A DNA stretch of 64,000 bases from a virus: positions 64,001 to 128,000 of the IMG/VR virus record IMGVR_UViG_3300007734_000761; one strand, written 5' to 3'. Both the position numbers and the translations under genes were made by a program. Positions 57,951-64,000 of the stretch are shown one piece after another. Position 1 is the stretch's first letter. Every line of letters begins with the position of its first letter. The notes below the pieces were generated by a model. That model had not been told where the DNA came from. It did no database searches and saw nothing but the letters and a program-made list of their open reading frames with translations.

Positions 57951-58664
57951 TTAATCTCTTAATGTTTTATAAATTTCTAAGATTGGTTCTACTATTGGAT
58001 GGCGATGATTTGTTTTAAGATGAAAATGACTAACACCATCAATAGCAGCTACTGCTTTACTTACAAAATATAATCCTGAGTCTTTTTTGAATTTTAAGTC
58101 AATTTGTCCAACATCACCAACAATACACATTTTTGATCCTTCACATAAACGAGTAATAGCAAGTTCCATTTGTGAATCGGTAATGTTTTGAGCTTCATCT
58201 AAAATAATAAAGCTATTACTAAAATTTCGACCTCTCATAAAAGCAAATGGAATAATTTCTATTCTTCCTTCAGCAAACTCTTTATCGATTTTTTCTTTAT
58301 TGTATAATCGATACATGTTATCATAGATAGGGGCAATAAATGGATCTAATTTATCTTTTAATCCACCTGGAAGAAAACCAATGTCTTCTTTAGCTGTTAC
58401 TACAGGTCTAGCTACAATAATCTTTTCTATTTCTTTGTTAAACAATAAATCTAAAGCTGCTTGACAAGCTACTAATGTTTTACCACTACCTGCAGCACCT
58501 GTTAATACTGAAATTGTGTTGTCGTAAATAATTCCTTTTGCTTGTTTTTGTTCTTGATTTAAAGATACATTAAATTTGATTGGATTTTTTGGTTTACGTT
58601 TTTCTTTAAATTTGTCGTGGTGAGTTGCTACTGCATTTACCACACTTTCTACATTATTGTCCAT
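57951..58664 (-). CDS. phoH: PhoH-like ATPase
   Basis: GAAGSGKT, RP, GFLPG, MRGRNF, LDEAQN, GDVGQID, RHP; start probably MDNNVE at 58664. Confidence 0.95.
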   Translation of the reverse strand: MDNNVESVVNAVATHHDKFKEKRKPKNPIKFNVSLNQEQKQAKGIIYDNTISVLTGAAGSGKTLVACQAALDLLFNKEIEKIIVARPVVTAKEDIGFLPGGLKDKLDPFIAPIYDNMYRLYNKEKIDKEFAEGRIEIIPFAFMRGRNFSNSFIILDEAQNITDSQMELAITRLCEGSKMCIVGDVGQIDLKFKKDSGLYFVSKAVAAIDGVSHFHLKTNHRHPIVEPILEIYKTLRD

Positions 58665-58687
58665 AACTTTGTGTGGCAATAAATATG

Positions 58688-58714
58688 AAAAAAAGACCCG
58701 CCGAAGCGGGTCTT
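58688..58714 (-). terminator. Intrinsic terminator with UUCG tetraloop after the capsid gene
   Basis: Minus strand AAGACCCGC-TTCG-GCGGGTCTT-TTTTT. Confidence 0.85.
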
Positions 58715-58737
58715 AATTAATTTAGATCAGACTATGA

Positions 58738-60474
58738 TTAAACTACTTGCAAGTCAGCAACTTCGATCTTACCGTAGTAATCAGGACGGAGCATTTTCTT
58801 AGCGTAGCGAGTCATTACACCTTTACGTGGTGTGAATGTTGTAGGATCATAGATCAATGGAGTCATGATCAATGGAACATAAGGAGCATAAACGGCACCA
58901 GTTTCCAAGAACTGAGTTCCTTTGTAACCCAACAAGATAGTATTCCACTTCATGTAAGGGTTTTTGTACACCTTGTAACGACCATTGATTGAACCGATTT
59001 TCTGAACACCAAATGCATATTTCATTGTTTCTGCATCTGCGTTATCAGCAGCGAATCCAGGGATTGATTCCAAAATAGTAGCAACTGAAGGAGAAATTAC
59101 CATAAAGTTAGCACCACCACGTAATGTTTTCTGGTGGATCAAGTTAGAAACTTTTTGTAATTTAATTCCTAAAGTTTGGAACCAAGACATTTGGTTGTAG
59201 TAAACACCAGCTGTATTGCTTGTGAAAGCAGTACCGTTTGAGTTGATTTGATTACCAACTTGAGCACTCCAGTATTGAGTGTTAGAAGCAGCAGCACCTG
59301 TGATCAACATACCTAAAATTTCAAGGTCAATTTCCATTGAAATTTGCTCAGATAACATTGAAGTCAATTCAGCTTCAGCGTCTAAGTTTTGGTATGCATT
59401 CAAGTCTTGAGCGAATTCAGGAGTCCACTGAGCTTTCAATTTACGAGTTTCAGCAGTAATACTATCAGAAACTAACTTAATGTTTAATTCAGGGAATTCG
59501 ATGTCGCTATATGACTGTACGTTAGGAGATGCTAATGGGTTTCCACCGGCTTCGTAATCACCAACGTTGAATGGGTTCATAGAACCTTGTTTCAAGAAAG
59601 TTACTGTTGTAGCAACGTTAACTGTACTTCCGCTTAACAAACGATTTGCAAGAGCTGCGCTAGAAGCAGATACGTAGAAAGTAGTAGCAGTATTAGTAAT
59701 TGTAGTGTAATCAGCCAAAATACTATTAGCATTAATAGAAGCTGTAGGAGCAACTAAGTAGAAAGCTTGAACACCAAATACGTCTACAGAAGCTGTAGTA
59801 TAACCGCTAGCAATACCTTGAGCAATAGCTTGAGCGTTAATTTGAACGTTAGGAATAACTACTTGATAAATTTGACCAGCATTACAAGAGTTAATGTAAT
59901 TAGAATCGAAATTGATTAAGTAGAAGTTTGAACCAGTTGTAATTTGAGTTACAGCAGAAGCAGATACACCAGAAGCTGAGAATTCGTTACGAGAGTATCC
60001 AAATCTACCAGCACCATAGTAACCACCTTCAGCTAAGTTGTCGAAGTTACTGTTACCAAATCCTGGAGCTGGAGTACCATAAAGTGAATCACCAGAAGTA
60101 AATGGAGTTTTAGTAGTACCATACTGGAAGTCCAAGTAGAAAATAAGACCAGTTGGCATTTGCATTGGCTGAACAGAAACGAATTCTTTAGCCACTACTT
60201 GTCCAAAAATCTTACGTACCATTGGAAGAGCAACACCAGCCCATTGGTAACCTTGACCAGTTGTAAAACCAGAAGTAGCACCAGCAGTAGTGTTTGTTTC
60301 AACGATAAGTTCCTTGGCTTGGTTTTCGAGCAACATCGACATGTTTGTTTTGTCGTATCCGCTCAAACCTTCCAATAAACCAGATTTAGCCCATTTGTTT
60401 GCTAAACGAGTCGCGTCGCCTTGCAAAGACTGCCATGGGTTAGCAGATTCGAGAAGTTGATTAATTGTTGACAT
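58738..60474 (-). CDS. Major capsid protein (gp23-like)
   Basis: LLENQ, VSVQPM..PTGLIFYL, TRKLKAQWTPE.AQDL.A, EIDLEIL, YAPYVPL, PRKGVMTRY. Confidence 0.95.
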   Translation of the reverse strand: MSTINQLLESANPWQSLQGDATRLANKWAKSGLLEGLSGYDKTNMSMLLENQAKELIVETNTTAGATSGFTTGQGYQWAGVALPMVRKIFGQVVAKEFVSVQPMQMPTGLIFYLDFQYGTTKTPFTSGDSLYGTPAPGFGNSNFDNLAEGGYYGAGRFGYSRNEFSASGVSASAVTQITTGSNFYLINFDSNYINSCNAGQIYQVVIPNVQINAQAIAQGIASGYTTASVDVFGVQAFYLVAPTASINANSILADYTTITNTATTFYVSASSAALANRLLSGSTVNVATTVTFLKQGSMNPFNVGDYEAGGNPLASPNVQSYSDIEFPELNIKLVSDSITAETRKLKAQWTPEFAQDLNAYQNLDAEAELTSMLSEQISMEIDLEILGMLITGAAASNTQYWSAQVGNQINSNGTAFTSNTAGVYYNQMSWFQTLGIKLQKVSNLIHQKTLRGGANFMVISPSVATILESIPGFAADNADAETMKYAFGVQKIGSINGRYKVYKNPYMKWNTILLGYKGTQFLETGAVYAPYVPLIMTPLIYDPTTFTPRKGVMTRYAKKMLRPDYYGKIEVADLQVV

Positions 60475-60493
60475 TTTATTTTAATGTGTTTTT

Positions 60494-61894
60494 TTATTTT
60501 GTAATAATACCAGCTAATTGTTGCATTCTTGTAATTTGATCATCTGTACTGATAATAGGTGACTTAGCTGTTGTACCACCTACGATACTAGAAGCAAATG
60601 ATTTGTGTTCTTTCAAAGTAGTTTTAGAACTTACTTTAGAAGTTTTTACTGTGTTTTTCAATACTTCGTAAATGTTTTTAGCTTCAGTTAAAGTTTGTGC
60701 TTTATCAAAGCTATTAACAACATTTACTTTTTGGTTTTCAGTTAAGTTGCTTGCTTTAAACAATTTATTTACATAAATCAATTTAGCATTTAACAAATTA
60801 ACTTCATTTAATTGGCTACGAAGACTCTTAATTACATTGATTGCTTCTTCTAATTCTTTTTCTTTTTCTTTCTTTTTAGCTTCATCTACTTCTTTAACTT
60901 TTTCGTTGAGCTTCATAGAAAGTTTATTTTTGTAAGCACCATTTAAACCAGATTTCTTGTCACCAGCTGCACCATATGGTGCACCGATTTTGTTTTTAGA
61001 TTTACCTAAACCAAAAGGAGCATTAGCTTTCTTATCGTAAGCTTCGTCTAATTCTTTTTCTTTCTTACCACCTTTGTACTTAGCACGCTCATCAAGCTCT
61101 TCTTTTTCTTTTTTCTTTCTTTCGTAAAGAGCAAATAATTCGTCTAATTCTTCTTCTTTTGACTTTTTCTTTTTAGGTTTTTCTTCAGTCTCTTCTTCGG
61201 TTTCGTCTTCGATGTCTAAGTCGAATTCATCGTCACCTCCAGCGTCCATGTCCGTCATGTCCATGTCTGTCTCTTCGTCTCCAGCAGCACCAGCTTCACC
61301 ACCCATGACAGCTCTAATAGCGTCTTGGATCATGTCGCGAAGTTCGTCTACTGTTACTTCGTCGATGCTCTCACCTCCACTAGCTTTTTCAAACATAGTG
61401 TTTTCTTCGAGTTCTTCTTTACCTTCTTCCATTTCATCATCGCCTTCATAAATTTCATTGGCTTCTTCTTCAAGCTCACGTAAGATTTCTTCAAGATCGT
61501 AATCTTCTTCTAAATCTTCTTCGCTCATTTCAGAATTCATTTCCATCATGTCGTCGTCTTCTTCAGAAAGAGAATTGAAAAGTTCTTCAAGATCGAGTTC
61601 TTCCATGTTGTCATAGTCTTCTTCAAGTTCGTCTTTTCCTTCTTCCATTTCTTCAGTTTCATCTAATGAATCAATGAGATTGTCTTTGTCTACGATGTAC
61701 GTAGCTTTTTCTTTAAGCTCTTCCTCTTTCTTTTCTTCTAATTCGTCAGCTTCCATTACACGTCTTTCAAACATGCTCTGAATGCGAGGCATAAAAGATT
61801 CTTCAAGGGCGGCTTTTGCGTTAGCGACGGCAACTTCACGTAAAGTTTTGGCGTCAGCAATTGCGTCTTTAAATAATTGTTGGTTGTTTGACAT
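60494..61894 (-). CDS. Prohead scaffold/core protein (gp22-like)
   Basis: Highly acidic coiled coil, AIADAK...NAKAALEE, LNEVNLLNAKL, C-terminal RMQQLAGI; between protease and capsid genes. Confidence 0.8.
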   Translation of the reverse strand: MSNNQQLFKDAIADAKTLREVAVANAKAALEESFMPRIQSMFERRVMEADELEEKKEEELKEKATYIVDKDNLIDSLDETEEMEEGKDELEEDYDNMEELDLEELFNSLSEEDDDMMEMNSEMSEEDLEEDYDLEEILRELEEEANEIYEGDDEMEEGKEELEENTMFEKASGGESIDEVTVDELRDMIQDAIRAVMGGEAGAAGDEETDMDMTDMDAGGDDEFDLDIEDETEEETEEKPKKKKSKEEELDELFALYERKKKEKEELDERAKYKGGKKEKELDEAYDKKANAPFGLGKSKNKIGAPYGAAGDKKSGLNGAYKNKLSMKLNEKVKEVDEAKKKEKEKELEEAINVIKSLRSQLNEVNLLNAKLIYVNKLFKASNLTENQKVNVVNSFDKAQTLTEAKNIYEVLKNTVKTSKVSSKTTLKEHKSFASSIVGGTTAKSPIISTDDQITRMQQLAGIITK

Positions 61895-61908
61895 TTGTTT
61901 TTTTTGTT

Positions 61909-62006
61909 TCGCACTGTCTATTAGAGAGACAATATAAGATTTTTAATTTGTGCGACAGAATATTAAAGATTCTGTATGGATACCCATAAATATATAGGGC
62001 TATCCA
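61909..62006 (-). promoter_or_regulatory. Structured 5' leader and late-type motif of the scaffold-capsid operon
   Basis: Nested and twin inverted repeats with near-identical loops; ATATTTAT inside an inverted repeat. Confidence 0.45.
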
Positions 62007-62033
62007 GAAACATGCAAAACTAGCAAAAAGCTT

Positions 62034-62663
62034 TTATTTTATGCAACAAACTCCCGTTTGATTACAAATAATATCTGTAATCAGTGAGTTAATTTTTGAG
62101 TATTGGTTAGATATTTGTTGAGTGTATTGTTTACCTTCAGCTAAACTTACTGGTTTCATGTAAGCTCCATGTGTACTTGGTGTACTTACAAAATCCCAAC
62201 ATACTAAATCAAAATCATCTTGTACTTCTACAGTATTTTCGCCTAATTGTTTAACACTACCCATTCCTCTTGAACTAATTCCTACAGTAATGTTATTTAA
62301 CAATAAATCTTTTAAAATATTTCCACTAGGTGTATTAAGAATTTCAATACGGCCAAATAAATCATCACCTTCCCATCGTAATTGTTTAATATTGTGACAA
62401 ACATTTTTTAAACTAATAACAGAAGACTCTGGGTGATCTAATTCACCCAAAGCTCTGTTTTGGGCAATCGGGCCTGCAATGTATTTTTCTACTTCTCTAT
62501 GGAGAATTGCTTTAGGATAAACACGACCGTTTTCATTTTTGGCATCTGCACGCTGTACAATACCTTCTACCACTAAATTTTTATTAGGGCTCATTTTAGC
62601 CTCATTAAGAGACTGAGGTGTTGGCTTGAATGCCAAATATTCTATTAAAACTTGTTTAGTCAT
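62034..62663 (-). CDS. Prohead core protease (gp21-like)
   Basis: NENGRVYP, ALGELDHP, GISSRGMGS, DFVSTPSTHGA; start MTKQV at 62663. Confidence 0.92.
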   Translation of the reverse strand: MTKQVLIEYLAFKPTPQSLNEAKMSPNKNLVVEGIVQRADAKNENGRVYPKAILHREVEKYIAGPIAQNRALGELDHPESSVISLKNVCHNIKQLRWEGDDLFGRIEILNTPSGNILKDLLLNNITVGISSRGMGSVKQLGENTVEVQDDFDLVCWDFVSTPSTHGAYMKPVSLAEGKQYTQQISNQYSKINSLITDIICNQTGVCCIK

Positions 62664-63705
62664 TTGGATCGTTTGGGTTATCAAACTTAGCATTAAAACC
62701 TTGATCTGTTAATTTTTTAAGTGTACTCATATCTCCAGGTTTTACAGATACTATTCCTCTAGCCATTTCATGTACTAAAGTTAAAATTTGATTTTTAGTA
62801 GTAGGAGTTAACTTAATTTTTCTAGAGTCTTTTACGTTTACATCTTCGTTTATGTCTTCTTCAAAACCACTTAATGTTCCTCTATTGTAAAATCCTGGGC
62901 CGGGTTTATCTGCTGTTTCTTGATTACTAATTGTGTAATCCATTCCTTCTTCTACACCCTTACTAAGAAGTCTTTCTAAAGCACTAGCTAAATCTTTTTT
63001 ACCTTCTTCTTTTAACTTAGCTACTAACTGTTTTAATTTTGCTAATTGTTGTGCAGGAATGCCTTTAGACTCACTCATTGGAGCATCATTAATATTTTTA
63101 ATAGCTTTCTTTACTTTATCTTGAATTTCTTCGTCTTTATCGCGTTTTTCAGCGTATTGTCTTAGTAATTTAATGACTTGATTTTTCTTAGCTGTATCTC
63201 CTTTAATAGCATCTCTAACACTTTTAATAAGTTCTCCGTTATTATCCATAGCGGCTAAATAAGATGCTGGATTAAGTGTATAAACATCATATCCTTCATT
63301 TAATTTAGCTGGTTCCATTCCAGAAGACTTATATTTACCTTTAACTTCGTCTTTAAGACCATATGGAGCGTCTTGTTTATCAGCTTTAGGCATTTTACCA
63401 TCTTTTTTTATGGCTTCAGCACTTTTAGCAGTATTTTTTACTCCAGGTTTTTTACCAGATCCATATTCACCCACCATTTTAATGGTTTCGTTTACTAACA
63501 TGTTAGTGTAAAAATTAGGATCTTTTTTAAGATTTTTCAAAACTTTACTTTGGGCTTCTTTGATAGTATCAACGTTAATGGTTTTACCAGAAGTTGTTAA
63601 TTCATAATCCATCCCATTTTCAAATTCGTAAATATTGACTTTGTCTATTTCACGAACTACAGGAGTGATGTATTTATCAAAGTAAGATTTATTAGGATTA
63701 CTCAT
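62656..63705 (-). CDS. Hypothetical head-associated protein
   Basis: 349 aa, GMDYEL...NLKKDPNFY, several L/I/V-x-E sites; late-type motif upstream. Confidence 0.55.
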   Translation of the reverse strand: MSNPNKSYFDKYITPVVREIDKVNIYEFENGMDYELTTSGKTINVDTIKEAQSKVLKNLKKDPNFYTNMLVNETIKMVGEYGSGKKPGVKNTAKSAEAIKKDGKMPKADKQDAPYGLKDEVKGKYKSSGMEPAKLNEGYDVYTLNPASYLAAMDNNGELIKSVRDAIKGDTAKKNQVIKLLRQYAEKRDKDEEIQDKVKKAIKNINDAPMSESKGIPAQQLAKLKQLVAKLKEEGKKDLASALERLLSKGVEEGMDYTISNQETADKPGPGFYNRGTLSGFEEDINEDVNVKDSRKIKLTPTTKNQILTLVHEMARGIVSVKPGDMSTLKKLTDQGFNAKFDNPNDPND

Positions 63706-63720
63706 GGTAATAAATATGTA

Positions 63721-63867
63721 TTATCCTTGTCCTACGTATCTTTTTACGTAATTTTTACTAGATTTTGATTTACTTGCTTTTGTTTTAGCATGAATACCAG
63801 GGCGTCTACGTTTAGGTTTTACTTGAAAAACTTTAACTGACGATGTTTTTGTCTTTACCTTTGCCAT
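63721..63867 (-). CDS. Small very basic protein ending KRYVGQG (48 aa)
   Basis: Hand translation MAKVKTKTSSVKVFQVKPKRRRPGIHAKTKASKSKSSKNYVKRYVGQG. Confidence 0.75.
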   Translation of the reverse strand: MAKVKTKTSSVKVFQVKPKRRRPGIHAKTKASKSKSSKNYVKRYVGQG

Positions 63868-64000
63868 TTTCCTTTATTTGTTTTAAATTTTGATACAACG
63901 TTGCTGTTTCTTTCATTAATTGATTTAAATAAGCTTCAGTACGCTTATTGTAAGAAACATTGTTAGTTTCACTTAACTCAGTTTTTAATTGTTTTGTGTA
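63833..64000 (-). CDS. C-terminal end of a hypothetical protein (partial)
   Basis: Open frame YTKQLKTELSE...KDKNIVS-stop from the window edge. Confidence 0.55.
   Translation of the reverse strand, partial: YTKQLKTELSETNNVSYNKRTEAYLNQLMKETATLYQNLKQIKENGKGKDKNIVS

Larger units (their letters stand above)
1113..63717 (-). promoter_or_regulatory. Dispersed class B (late-type) motif ATATTTAT, 16 copies upstream of gene starts
   Basis: Plus-strand ATAAATAT near 1114, 2347, 9810, 12259, 17106, 20207, 27155, 29519, 30550, 31129, 33355, 44087, 57944, 58679, 61986, 63710; all just upstream of minus-strand starts, mostly structural genes. Confidence 0.75.

Noticed and set aside
3000-61451. Short plus-strand ORFs (for example 3000, 8165, 9993, 14814, 18934, 58747, 61212) and nested minus-strand ORFs
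   Set aside because: They lie within well-supported genes and have no recognisable motifs.
1113-63717. Plus-strand TATAAATA read as canonical T4 late promoters for plus-strand genes
   Set aside because: No credible plus-strand genes; the motif position tracks minus-strand start codons.
1-64000. Stop-codon reassignment, tRNA genes, introns/inteins, DGR
   Set aside because: Genes are full length in the standard code, intergenic gaps are short with no cloverleaf seen, nrdJ, helicase and recA are uninterrupted, and no reverse transcriptase is present.

Overview
A 64-kb segment of an AT-rich, T4-like contractile-tailed phage. Every credible gene is on the minus strand and uses the standard genetic code. 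The A-rich, Shine-Dalgarno-poor start regions suggest a Bacteroidota-type host (inference). In transcription order (right to left) the window holds: (1) a head module (prohead protease, scaffold, major capsid protein, PhoH, neck and tail-completion proteins); (2) a fibre and modification module: a 3464-aa protein with ~1046 Gly-(Ser/Thr)-Ser triplets, a collagen-like fibre with an S74 chaperone, a LamG adhesin, a 2OG-Fe(II) oxygenase, a beta-propeller, three methyltransferases, a putative glycosyltransferase, and a GT4 fused to an Aah/TibC-like protein O-heptosyltransferase; (3) tail sheath, tube, chaperone pair, tape measure and baseplate genes; (4) replication genes (short atypical PolA, gp32-like SSB, RecA, 5'-3' exonuclease, DnaB-like helicase, class II RNR, GIY-YIG endonuclease); (5) a 7-deazaguanine DNA-modification cluster (DpdA-like, queC, queD, queE, folE) interleaved with a purine PRTase, thyX, a thioesterase and a dUTPase. 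The best candidate for an undescribed system is phage-encoded virion glycosylation acting on Gly-X-Y fibres and on [ST]-[AG]-S motifs in capsid and tail proteins. Other signals read from the DNA: two promoter classes (TTGGnn-N17-TATAWT, often leaderless, and ATATTTAT), terminator/promoter hybrids, a likely +1 frameshift before the tape measure gene, a thumb-less PolA and a structured scaffold leader. All functional calls come from motif recognition by eye; no searches were run.
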